Shown here piece by piece: positions 30,021 to 42,200 of a DNA stretch of 64,000 nt. Origin of the DNA: Klebsormidium nitens (taxonomy: Eukaryota > Plantae > Klebsormidiophyceae); the NCBI GenBank assembly GCA_000708835.1, contig DF237085.1, positions 73,768 to 137,767 on the forward strand, given 5' to 3'. A program made the translations under genes and the position numbers. Below the pieces are notes generated by a model. That model was not told the origin of the DNA and ran no database searches. It saw only the letters and a list, made by a program, of their open reading frames with translations. Each line of letters starts with the position of its first letter. Position 1 is the first letter of the stretch.

Positions 30021-32125
30021 ATGAACAAGGAGCTTGTAATCAGGAAGAGGATCCAAAGCATGTGAGGTTCCAAAGCTTCCTGCAGTTTTCGTGTGTGGAC
30101 ATTGGTGGCATGTCTCCTCTTTAGCTAAGCTGTACCTTCGAATACTTCAACCGTACTCACTCAGGCCCCCCTTCAAACTTCCTGGAACACTCTTGTCCTC
30201 CTGTACAGACCTCTTAATTTTCAGCATAGCTCTGCACAAACTTCAGGGACTGTTGATACTTTTGCCCCGGGCTGAAGCTTGGCGCTTCTGAAAGAGTATG
30301 TGTCCTGTCCATACCGAAGCAGCGCTTTCCCATGTCCAGCATTTGAATCAGAAGCAGATATAGCGCCACCACTAAAGCATCAAGGCTGAGTGGATTTTGT
30401 GGATTCTGGTTCCATGCAGTTACAACAAGGAGCGGGAAGACTTCCAAGAGTTGAAGGAGTACAATGACTACCTTGAGACCATAGAAGACATCGGTGAGTC
30501 ATGCTATGAAACATCCCTCATGCGACATATCATTGGCGGATTTAGCATGCAAAGGCTCTACTGGCGTGTCCTTTTGTCACTGTTTTGAGAGGTTCGAATT
30601 GGAAATCGTACGAAGTTTCTGCCCTTGACTGTTGTTCTTTCTTCAACATTCTCTTTAGTCTATTCATATAGACTAAACAGTGTCAAAACAGTTCTAATTT
30701 CACCTGTGTTTTGAACAGACTTCTGGCTTATGAATCAGGAGGCCTGCTTGGTTCTGTCTTATTGTCCATTGCTTCATTTGAGCAGTGTGTCCAACAGGAT
30801 CGATTAGATTCTGAATAATTGACAAAATCAGATGCAACGCAAGCCCTGGCCATTGTTGATAATCCACCATAGACCATCGTCTGCAGTCTTCAATCTTGTT
30901 GAGGGCATTGATGTAACTGCGACTGAGGCCAGTGTGGCCCGCTATCAAGAAGAGAATCAGGAGCAGATTCTCTCGTCACACGCGCGGAAGGCAAGTCAAC
31001 ATCTGGATCAATTACTTGCAAGAAAAGTAGAGCCACTTCTCAAGCTCACACAATACCACTCAGATCTGCATCAACTGCTTCTGGATGTCAAGTGCTGATT
31101 TGGAGTACCTCGCTGTTCGAAGGCCCCTTGTGTATGTTCTTGTCCAGAAAGGGAAAGATTTTACTGGACACATTCGAGATTGGCCTCGGTGGCGAATGTA
31201 AAGGTAAAACAGCTAAGACGTGTTGAAATGAGGGTTGTGTTTGTATGTGCAGGCAAGTGAAAAGGCAGCAAACTTGAAGGCCCAGAGGGCTGCTGTCGAG
31301 CCATCTGTTGAGGAACTCGAGGTAAACTTGCTCTCACTTCGGAGGGCTTATTGTCATTATTTCTTCGATCCGTCGAGAATTCTTCGATTCTTCAGTTGTT
31401 TGACCCCTCGACGGACTCATCAAGGTGTACAGATGTCGAGCAAAGCGACGAGTATGACGTTGGGGTGCACGTACTTGCCTCTGGGAGTTGAATTGATCGT
31501 ATCAACACGAGTCTGGTTGACTTGTTCTCGTTTTCTGGTTGTCTTCCCTTTGTTTCGATGATGCAGTCGCCAGGTTGGACAAGACTCTGGAATGGACTTG
31601 TTTGACATAGGATGATGATCATGAGCAAGGGACCATCCACGTTGATATTCTGCCCACAGCAGCTCGGAGAAGGTTCGATAGCGAGGGACGTGTGTTAGAG
31701 CCGAAGGTATTTGTACTCTACTTTGGAGTTGTGTAGCCCCTCTCAGATCGACTCTGATCAAGAAAAGCTGTCTTTTAAGGCCTCCCATTTGCAACGGCTG
31801 CTGATTCGGGTACTCAATCAGTTGGCTTGCATGAAACGTCTCCATACTTAACCCACTGCAGGCGGAGCATGAAATCCATGGCAGTGCCGAGCGATCCGGC
31901 GGTATGCAATATGCCCCTTCCGCTCTGGGGCATGCGCAGCCCCCAGCTGTCCCATTGCAGCCTACCCCTGTGGCGCAAGCACGACATGTGAATGGAGACT
32001 CTGAAGGGTTGGATGATGAGAGCCGAAGACTACGGACAGAGTTGGCTGCGAAGGCAGGTGGATACGTGTCTGCCTTTGCAGTACGACGAGCAATTGACGA
32101 GGCTATGGCGAGCATTGCATTGTGA
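30021..32125 (+). CDS. MAT1: CDK-activating kinase assembly factor MAT1 (plant-type, no RING), 5 exons
   Basis: Spliced translation MNKELVIRKRIQSIYNKEREDFQELKEYNDYLETIEDIVFNLVEGIDV...ARYQEENQEQI...AAKAGGY....RRAIDEAMASIAL* matches the MAT1 helical domain and the conserved C-terminus. Confidence 0.9.
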
Positions 32126-33193
32126 AACTCGAGCATGCAGATATAGTGAGTGAGGCACTCGTTGACATGTCTAAGGTCTGATGCTGGCTTCCGAGTTCGA
32201 CACCAAGTAAAATTCTCCATGCTGTGGGCAATCAAGCTAATTGGCAGTAGCAGCTACACTGGCAAGCAGCAGGAGTTCCCTCTGAATGCAGTGTAGGCTA
32301 TATGCGTACAATCAACAAGATCAGAGCACGCAGCTTGGTCGTTTTAGTGTATGCTGACTCAACTTTGTAAGGCCCTTCTGCCACTAAGATGCTGTTTACA
32401 TCAAACATAGCCTGGCCTTCTCCTGCAGAGTATATTAGTAAGATAGAGTGCCCGTTCTTGGCGACAATGAAACGGTGGGTGGTACAAGTACATACGATTC
32501 AACAATGTTAGATGCTAGGTACTGGCCCCGGTGCCTTCTACATCGCATCAAACATGCATACGTATGTGCCAGCGCGCGATCGCCGTAATTTGACCATATA
32601 TAGTACCTGGTCCCATGATCGCCATGCATTTGCGCTGATTGTAATCCCATTGACTCTTTAATTGTTTGGTCGCTGCACAGCAATCATGGTTCGACCATGT
32701 CTACCTCGATTGCATGCATCCATATGTCGACAACCTGCTTTAAAAGAGAACTGCAGAACCAGAACATTGCGGCTGACTCGGCACAAAAACCCATTTCATG
32801 AACGGATGCACTGAGCAGCCAGGAGTGGATTCACAGGGGTCTCGACCGCCCTTTCTATCAAGCTTTCAACGCGAGTACTGCAATGAAAATCACAAGCATG
32901 GCCTTTCAGATGCATAGAACAGGTAAGCACACGGCTGTTTTGAGCCTTGCTGATATTTGAATGCATCAATCGACGTGGGCACGACGAGCAACATGGACTT
33001 ACGGGACGCTCTGGTTTGAATGGATTCAACCAAGAATGTGCAGTATGGCAATGAAACAACTGCGGGCAGAACTTGGCTATGAGAGCAGTAACCGGACTTA
33101 TAAATGTCGCAACTCGCTCAACACGTTTTTGTCAACCCATCAAATCGAATACCCAACCCTCAAGTTAACCTCGCTCAGTGTTTCACAGTCGGC

Positions 33194-34324
33194 TTAGCTG
33201 ACGGTGATCTTGCCAGTCATGCCCGCTCCCTGGTGAGGCTCGCAATAGTACTCGTACTCGCCAGCCTTGGTCAAGGTGATGGTCACAACGTCACCCTTGG
33301 CGTTGACGAGGTCCTAGCAAAGACAAGAGAGCCGGGTCAAGCTTGTTTACCGTGTGCCACAATGCACATTGATGCAGACTGTATGACAGCTGTCAACTCC
33401 GTAACACATGTGCAAAGCACAATCTTCAAGGACGAAAGCCCTTGAAGATGTCATACATTCGATATGTCATCGTCTCTCGTCTACCCTTCCCACAATGTGC
33501 CCTTTCTGACGGATTCTTTATCATGTTGCATATTTTCTGCTGTAATGACCACAGGAGGTGCCCCTCAAGAATGCATTGAAGTCCACATAAACCTCGCATT
33601 CCCTGTAATTCTCCAACACAAACTCACAACTACAAAGGGCTGAAAGACATAGGAGTCTCTGTTTGCCGCCTACAAATTCCCCCTACTGATGCAGTCCAGC
33701 TGACGAATACAAAACCTACAGATTCCCCGTCCTGATACAGTCCAGCTGACTTTTTCAAACCCCCCCCTCTGCTAGGGAAGGGATTCGCTAGAATCAACGA
33801 CTATCTCAGACACGAGCGCGCAATCATCATTGACCACAAAGCACAGTATCAGAAGATTCAGTGCTGAAGATTAAGTACTATGTAAGCTTGTGACAGTACA
33901 GTCAGGTCTGACCACCAAACAACATGCTGGCCACCCCAACACACAGGAGAGGGTGACTTACATCGTGAGACAGAGCGCCAGCGTCCACGCCTGCAGGAAC
34001 CGCATCCTCATCGAACACGATGTTGTGGGGGAACCCAGCATTGTTCGTGAAAGTGATGGTCTCGCCAGCAGACACATTCACAGAGCTAGGGATGAAGGCG
34101 AGCTCGCCACCGTCTCCCCCCATCTTAATGTTAGCAGCGTTGGCGCTGAAAGCAACGGCAAGGGTGGCGACCGACACACCCGCGGTCTGAGCAATCTTCT
34201 TAAAGCTGGGGAGAGCTGCGCGGGGGGCCACAACCCGGGGGCCGGTCATGGCAGCGGGCTTGGCAGCGACCGCAAGGCCAGCCACGGAGGAGACGCACCG
34301 GGAGGAGGCGAGAGCGGAAGCCAT
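33194..34324 (-). CDS. PETE: Plastocyanin precursor, 2 exons (34324-33962 and ~33313-33194)
   Basis: Bipartite transit peptide ending ...AFSANA. The mature part has [26 protein letters not shown] and [18 protein letters not shown], with the Cu ligands His/Cys/His/Met present. Confidence 0.98.
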
Positions 34325-34671
34325 GGCGTTAGGAGGAAGGCACGAGCAGCGAGTTGAGAGGAGCTCTTTTAATTTAGCAGAACTGCAATTGATCGGAGGA
34401 AGAGACTCGGAGAAACAGTCTTCGCTGCAAACTTTAAAATTAAAGTTTATTACCTTGCAGCAAGGAATGTTCTTAATATTTGGAAGCAGTTTGAAATCTT
34501 CCAGGGGGGGTCAATCCAAGAAATTTCTACGTTTTGTGGGGGACGATCTCCGGCGCCATAGTGCCCATGGAAATGAAAGCATGGAGGGGTATATATCGCC
34601 AATGCGCAACAGCAGCGGCCAATTAGGTGCACATATGGGCGAGAGACAGAGGCAGAGACTGCTGCTAAGGG

Positions 34672-34752
34672 NNNNNNNNNNNNNNNNNNNNNNNNNNNNN
34701 NNNNNNNNNNNNNNNNNNNNNNNNNNNNNNNNNNNNNNNNNNNNNNNNNNNN
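34672..34752. other. Assembly gap (81 N)
   Basis: Run of N. It hides the 5' part or junction of the adjacent retrotransposon. Confidence 1.
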
Positions 34753-37700
34753 TCGATCAAGGATTACACAACATCAGCGCCCTTCAGTCATGCATAAGGG
34801 CCGAATTCATGCAGACCGCTCTTCAAGCCGTAGACTTACCTTGCCGTGTCACGTCACAAATCTGCTACACGCACCTCCGCCACCACCTTAAAGGGATTGA
34901 ACCTTTCAGCCGACTTGGCCGTGACCTCCCATGGACGGGTCGTAAATTCTCGCCGCTGTTTCAGGGAGTTCGCCAACACCTGAACAAGATGAACATGTCC
35001 CTCAGAGTTTTGTTTGATACTCGCGCCGATATGAGCAGCCGCAAGATCAGGCACACGCTCGCTCCGATTGCACACGAACATCAGATGCTTCTTCTAGTAT
35101 GTAAGGGTCTCTCAGAAACCCACACTACCAGACTGCTACAAAACCTCTCCCGCGCCGGCATAACCGACCTAGAGGATCTCTCACCGCTGTTTGAAACCAC
35201 AATAGCAGAACTGGCAAACAGCGGAACCGATATAAGTCCCAGAGAACGGTGGGAAAGTCACAAAGGGCGCCCCACAAGAACTGCCCAAGAACTCATACAA
35301 GACAGGTCAACAAAAACTCCCAACTTTATACTACATCCAGATCTACGGATCCCTGGAGCAAGTGCAATGCAACTCAAACTCCTACGACTACTTATCCGCA
35401 TCTATATCGAACAACTTTTGGAACCTTTTGCACGCAGCAATTCCCAACCCAGCAAAGAGACGCAAACCAACTGGGGACTGCACAAGAAACACTCACTCGA
35501 TGTTACCAAAGCATACCCAGATGGAAGCACAAACAAGGACCAGTCCAGAACAAGGATTCGGGATTTACTTCCCAGAACTGGACCAAACCGACTCATACAA
35601 GAAAGTACTGTCCCGTATTCCCGGATACCAAAGTATTGCACGTGCCGAAGCGTTCGGAGTACTTGCAGCACTTATACTCACAAAACAAGAAACTAACCTC
35701 ACCATACACTGCGACAGAAAACCTCTGGTCGATCAGATTAACAAATTCCAGAAGAGGAAACCTTGCGCACACGAGCTGCGCCGGCTGAAAGATGGATCAC
35801 TGCAACTACGAATCCTTGAAGAGATCCAAGCGCGAACAGGACATACAACAATTGTCCATGTCAAAGCTCACATGCGGGATAAGCCCACAGTCACCCCGTC
35901 TGGACAGGAACCTGACACCCCACAAATCGCAGCAACTAAAGAGCATCAAGAACATAACAAAAAGGCAGACGCAATTGCTAAAATGAGCATCGAGGGAGAA
36001 GACCTTACAGTCCCAGACGAGCAGAAATATTTAGCACCTGTCTCCATCCTACTCGACGGACTCGGAGACAAACGGTCAAGCCCCACCTTTGAAAACCACC
36101 CCCTCAAACTCTACCAAACCACGTACAGACAAACACGGCAAATCTACCAATACAATGGCAAATGGCACGAATACCTGTTCAATGAAAGTATATGGCAAAC
36201 CCCCTCACTATCTATACTTCATGGCAAAAAAGACTACCCGCTCAAAAAATTTATGGTACAAATTCAGGCTAGGCAGAACCCTACCAACACTGCATCGTCT
36301 CCACAAGATCCGGCCACAAATCTTCCCGGACACAAAGTGCTATCTATGCAATCAAGAAATCAACGAAACAATCGAACACATCAGTTACTGGTGCCCATTC
36401 TTTGAAAAGAATCGACAAAATCTCATACAAGAATGCACGACCATATGCAAACGGCAGACCAGCAGAGTTTCCCGGAACGAGATCAGCCGCACCCTGCGGA
36501 ACTGCCTTTTCTCCCCAACACAGGACTCGGAGCGGCTTCTATCTGCAGGCCAACTCCCCCTGTCTCTGAAAACATGGCTCATGGCCAACTCCAAAACAAC
36601 CGAAGACGCCACAGAGAAAGCGGGGAAGAAAATCCACCGGACAATAATCTCAGCGTACAAAGAGATGTGGAATGCGCGCTGTGCTGAAATGCGCGATCGC
36701 AAACTCTTGTTCAAGGACAGACTCAAACTTTTCCCGATACAAAAACCTCTACATGAGATGACCGAAGACGACTTCCTGAGCTTTGCAAAAGCCTGGCAAA
36801 AGCAAGAGAAGAAGAATAACCCGACCACTGACCGGAATCGCCTTCCCCAGAAGGCAGGAGCTCGAACAGGAAACAAACGGACTGTGGGCACCAACGGACC
36901 CCCATCCATCCGAGGTAAACCTACACAGTCCAACGGAAGTAAGTTAGCAGAGCCTACAATTACAAACTCAAAAGCACCCGTTGCCAAAAATATTGCACAG
37001 CACAACAACCTCAAACGCCTAAGAAATCCTACCACACAAAACCCAAAACCTAATGACGCCTTCGAAACGGATGACGAATACTTCAAAGGCCTGTTACACA
37101 AACAAATAGTAGCGGGCGATGGAAACTGCCTCTTCCGAGCCTTCCTTCGAGCTGTAGGCCAGTGCGACAGTAATCACGACCAACTTCGTCAGGCCTGTGT
37201 CCAGCATATCATCGCACACTGGCCCCGATACAATGCCCAAGCCAATTGGATTCATAGGGAAGCGCCACAATTACAGGCAATGCAACACCCCTTCCCGACA
37301 GCCACACACTACAAAGACTATATGCTCCTGACCGATAGTGCATGGGGCTCTGATCTGGAGGCCCTGGCAGCAGCCGAACTGCACAATCGGTCAATCCTAA
37401 TCTGGTCAACAAGAGGCAATATACATGGATTCCTCATGAACTATACGGAACAAACAGCCACCCAAGGAGCAATACACCTGCTACACTCTGGGAATCATTA
37501 CGATGCTCTTATACCAAGCTCGGTTGATCGAAATCGACTCAGCACTAGCATCCTCGCAACAAGATCTTCTGCAAGATTTGCCTCAAGAATTGACTTGACG
37601 GTACGGTTGATGAACACAGAACCACAACTAAAACGACAGAAGACAGGACCCACATCGGATAACAGGACACAACCCGAGCACAGCAAGCTGAAGGTCAAAT

Positions 37701-38372
37701 CTCTTCGTTCCTCTGACCATGAATCACACAACCACCAAGCGGACAGCCAAGTGCCACCCCCAACCCCCCATCAAAAAGGCCCCCAGATGCCCCAACCGCT
37801 GCCTCATACTATAACTTCCAACAAAACACAACCACTTCACGTTTCCAATCCGGAAGCTCACACGCTCTTAGGCAAACGAAGACTTCCCCTGTGGCTGACA
37901 GACAATGCAAAAAACTTTACTACCAAAAGACAGCGCCTACTCAATATGAAACCAGACCACCTAGCACACACCATGACCAGCAATCAGCAGAAGTTTGGCA
38001 CTGCAGCCATCAACACTAAAAGGAAGAGGCCCCACCAGCAGCAACCCTGCCCAGCAACCCAGGTTACCAAAAAACCCAAGTGCAAACTCACCTCAATTAC
38101 AATGGAGACAATGACGGGACGGTTGCCCAGCAATCAACACCACCTTACCCAAACGCGGACCGCCCACCAGCAGCCCTGCGCCCAAAGAACACGATAACCC
38201 CAGGAGACCACTCCAGCCGCTGTGCCCCAACATGCAGACGGTGACCAGACTCAACTACGACTCAGTGTGACAGAATCGCCAGTAAAAGCGCGCCATCGCG
38301 TATGCCAGCCAGCAGTCTCCTTTTGACGAGCTGCTTACGGCCAGATTGTTGACCCAAAAAAAAAAAAAAAAA
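34753..38372 (+). mobile_element. Non-LTR retrotransposon (LINE), 3' portion: post-RT region, RNase H, CCHC zinc knuckle, OTU protease-like domain, 3'UTR and poly(A)
   Basis: The strand is A/C-rich. RNase H acidic residues are YPDGS (35520), RAE (35647), HCD (35713) and KAD (35968), plus VKAH. The knuckle C-x2-C-x9-H-x4-C lies at 36338-36394 and is followed by an L1-like MWNAR motif. The stop is at 38197 and A17 lies at 38356-38372. There are two +1 frameshifts (~35552, ~36251) and no internal stop in the reconstructed frame. Confidence 0.9.
37085..37515 (+). other. OTU-family cysteine protease (deubiquitinase-like) domain within the LINE ORF
   Basis: Cys-loop GDGNCLFRA (D 37118, C 37127), HDQLRQACVQHI, variable loop WGSDLEALAAAEL and His-loop HLLHSGNHYDAL (H 37496). 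Confidence 0.92.
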
Positions 38373-39212
38373 CCCTTGCTCCGCTGAACGCTTATGCGTC
38401 TCAAAGCCACTGTCCGCCCCACTGCTCCAAGCTCGCCACGCGCTACTGCGCCGCGGCTCGATGGTCAAACCCTGTCCGCTCGCGTCCCCGCGCGCGGTCC
38501 TAAATCCGCCGATCGAGTCCACGTCACCACCGCGAACCTTCAAACCATTCGCGGACGGTCAGCACTGGATCAGAGCCTTTACAGATCTCTGGACCATGCA
38601 CCCGACTTTGACTCGCTCGGTGGGTTCGGCCCAAAATTTTATGATCGACCATCAGCAGCAGCGCAAGCAGTGCATAAGTTTTACACGAGACTCTAGTCGA
38701 TAGAGCTCCTTAGTTTTCAGCTTGAGAAGCTGGCACAGACTGTGAATCGAGGTCAAAGCGCCAGGCCTTCATTGACCTTGCTTCATCGGGGCATGGCGAT
38801 AGGTCTTGAAGATCCAAGAGCCAAACGCATCAGATGGTGAAGACATGATATCGTCTAGGGCCGTCAGTCTCAGGCCGTCAGTCTCGAAGTTGTGGTCCGG
38901 TGAAGGGAATTAAAGACAGCTTACTGGCGGGGTCAGGTGCATATGCATGGCTGCAACCACCTCATAGCAGCTGTGGTTCCTGCCACCGGTTTGGGCCAAA
39001 TTTGGTGACGTCCAGGAGGGAATGACCTGGATGGCAAGGATGCAAAGTGCGTCGATTTTGAGAAATGGACTTCAAGCCGTTCCCTAGTTGTTGTGCATTC
39101 CGCATTCTTTGGCACACCCTCTGGTGCATTGTATGCGGGCGCCTGATGAGTGCCATGTTGAGCGGCTAGTCTGTGGCTGCACGTAACGCATTCCGTTGGG
39201 AGGTCCCCGAGC

Positions 39213-42200
39213 ATGAGCCCCATGCAGTCGCTAGGCCCCACTTGGGACCTCCAGGCGCCAGCCCCAGGCGTATTAAAACGTCTGAGTTCCTTACCTAGTG
39301 AGATGGACAACACTCGGTTGCTGAAGATCAAGAGTAGCACGGGCGCAAAAGGGCCCTGCCTAAGGGAGGCCGACCGTGCCAGCTTAAAGGAAGCGGCGCC
39401 GTTGACGCAACAGGATGATGTCAGCGCCTCCTCCACTGGTATCAGAGCCGTCGCTCTTCTCCAGAGCGACCACGCCCTCCATGCTCTGACCACCACCGTA
39501 GGGCAAGAACTAGGCACTGCGCTGATGCCAGCGGAGCGGCCCAAGGGCCCCGCTGACGTCGGCGAGGTCGTCGGCTATGCTGATCTCCTGCGGTCTCGGG
39601 GAAAGACAGCGGAAGCGATGTCGCTCTACGACTGCGCCCTCGGGGCGGACCCGCGCTGCGCCCCGGCGCTCGTCGGGAAAGGCGCCTGTTTGCAGCAGCA
39701 GCAGCAGCCGCGCGCGGCGTTCGCGTGCTTCGTCGGGGCGCTCGCGCTGGACCCCCTGAACGTGCAAGCCCTGACGTGGTGCGGGTTGTTTTACACGGAG
39801 GAGGGGCACCTGATGGAGGGGATTGAAGTGAGCGCATTCACAAGAATAAGACTTGAGAATTAAAGGGTTGACGTGACAGGGACAAAATGGAGAAGGGTGG
39901 CAAGTGTAGTGTGGCGTCGCCGTTGGGAGGCAATCGATGGGAGCCTTTGTAAAGCGGAACAGATCGGTGGGAGCCTCAAATGGTCCAAACAGAGTTTTTT
40001 GATCTCAGTCGCTTCTGATGGATACCTGTCAAGGTGCCCAAAAGGTGGCAGCTTTACAACAAAGTATGCAGAGTTTCAACTGTTGGTCCGTCTGCCAAGC
40101 TGAACCTACCGTCTTGTTTGTCCATATCATGATAAGAGGATGTCGGTTCGAAGAGCGCGGTCCTTTGAAGCTTGCTTCCTTCACTTTGATGAGCTTTGTG
40201 TCTCGCACCTGGGACTGGGCTTCCTTGTGGCAATGTCCGTATTACTCGGTGAACGGTCACACATATACATGGGGTGCAGGCATTTCAACCCGTTAGATGA
40301 ACAAGGTCCCACATATGGTTATTTTATCACGACGTTCTGCAGGCGTTCCGGAAGGCGCTGGTGCTGCAGCCGGACTTTGCGGAGGCAAAGGAGCACCTGG
40401 CGATCGTGCTCACGGACCTAGGCACGCGGTTCAAGCTGGCGGGCAACGCGCAGGAGGGCATCCAACGCTACTATGAGGCAATTGAGGTCAACCCGCGCTG
40501 TGCGGTGAGCCACTCTGCGCAGCACTGAGCCGTACTTGAGTTTACGTTTTGCGTCATGCCGCTGACACTTTGGGGCGCTTGAAAAACGTAAGAACGGCTC
40601 TCATGTTTTGAACTGTTCGGTGTGGACAGCGTGGGGGATGCTCGAATTTTGTCTAATGATCGTAACGAGCTTCGCAGATTTGTGTCGTCTTTGGAGGGGC
40701 CTGCCCCTGGTAAAGCTTGCTTACCTACAGAGTTGGTTAAGGGGGTTTGGATAACGTCATGAGGTTGTACGTCCGCATCACGTTTTTGCCGTCTTTGTCT
40801 GAGGTGCAGCCAAAGCGCTACACGTTCAAATTTCCGTGTAGTTTGACGATCAGATTTGCCACATGCACCTTCTCTCACATAGTAGGCTTCCCCCGGAAAC
40901 TGCTGCTAAAGATCAACTGATTTGTGCACTGATTGACCATACAATCCCTCTTGTCCCAGCCCGCATACTACAACTTGGGCGTTGTGTACTCTGAGATGGG
41001 CCAGTACGCGCACGCGCTCAGCTTTTACGAGAAGGCGGCCCAGCTGCGGCCGCTTTACGCCGAGGCGCACTGCAACATGGGCGTCATCTACAAGGACCGG
41101 GGAGACTTGCTCGCGGCCATTGCGTGCTACGAAAGGTGGGGTTAAATCCTAGGACACTACTGTAAAGATCGTTATTGTGAACGATGTCAAAGCAATTGCC
41201 AGAGATATCAAAAAGTTTGCTGACGACCGTCATTGCTTGCCGAGAACTGATCCCGTTGCGTCCTTTGCGGCTTTGATTGAATTGTGGATTAGAAGTCTCA
41301 TTATCTGCCGACGGATCCGAGTCGATGAGCGGTGGAAGCGAAAACATTGGTGCATGAGCCGTTTTGGCAAGACAGGCAAGTCTTGTGAGGTCGGCTGATT
41401 GGAAAGTCTCTGGCTAGTCCAGGTCAAGGGAAACTTGTGTAAGCTTCTGAGAGGTGGAAGTATTCTTCTTGAAAGAAAAGCAAGGCTTCCAAGAAGCCAC
41501 CCTTTCAAGACCCTTTAAGGACGCGTTGGTGGCGGCTCGGCAGGTGTCTAATGGTCGCCCCCAACTTCACAATCGCCCGCAACAACCTCGCCATCGCGCT
41601 CACCGACCTGGGCACCAAGGTGAGACGAGTGGAGCTTTTTTTGGCCTGTTGCCAACACTTGACTTCATGGACACAATCAGTTTCAGCGTTCAGAATCCTA
41701 TATCATTCTCAAGAGGGCGTCAAATTTCAAAGCACATGCGTGCATCTGATTCCTGAGGGGACAAAGATTTCATCTGACGGCTCAGATTCGATCTTGAAAG
41801 CTGCCTTTGGCGACCGATGCGGAGCACTTTGGTCGCTTGAGGTAGGACCGGCGCCCACTTCAACTAGCCATCCTGTCTGAGTCAACCAAGTTACCAAGCT
41901 ACGAATCGTGCCACTACAGAACAGCTGGGTTCCTGAGGCAAAGTAGTGAGAAAATGCGTGCGCGGCATTCTTTCAAACCTCTGTGCTTCAGTCCGAGGCT
42001 AGGTTCTGCGCCTGATTTGGCTGATGTTTGTCGTGTCGTCTCAGGAGGTGCGCGCTCTTTGACGTGGTTAGTTGTGTTAATATTTGGTGGGTGCATCTGG
42101 TGCGTGAAAGGCCTGGTTGAAGTTGTTTCGTGTCCGTCCCGAGTCAAGGGTTCCCGTCTTTCCAAACAGAAGCTGTAACCGATGACCATCCCCAGTGGTA

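Noticed and set aside
33669-33750. ~47-bp tandem duplication in the plastocyanin intron
   Set aside because: A real but ordinary local duplication, not at a splice junction.
34248-35696. 482-aa ORF in the track spanning the N gap
   Set aside because: Artefact: it joins the plastocyanin antisense/promoter sequence to LINE coding sequence across Ns.
34655-38319. 10-bp inverted match (GAGACTGCTG / CAGCAGTCTC) on either side of the LINE
   Set aside because: Too short, one copy lies inside the 3'UTR, and LINEs have no TIRs. A true TSD cannot be assessed because of the gap.
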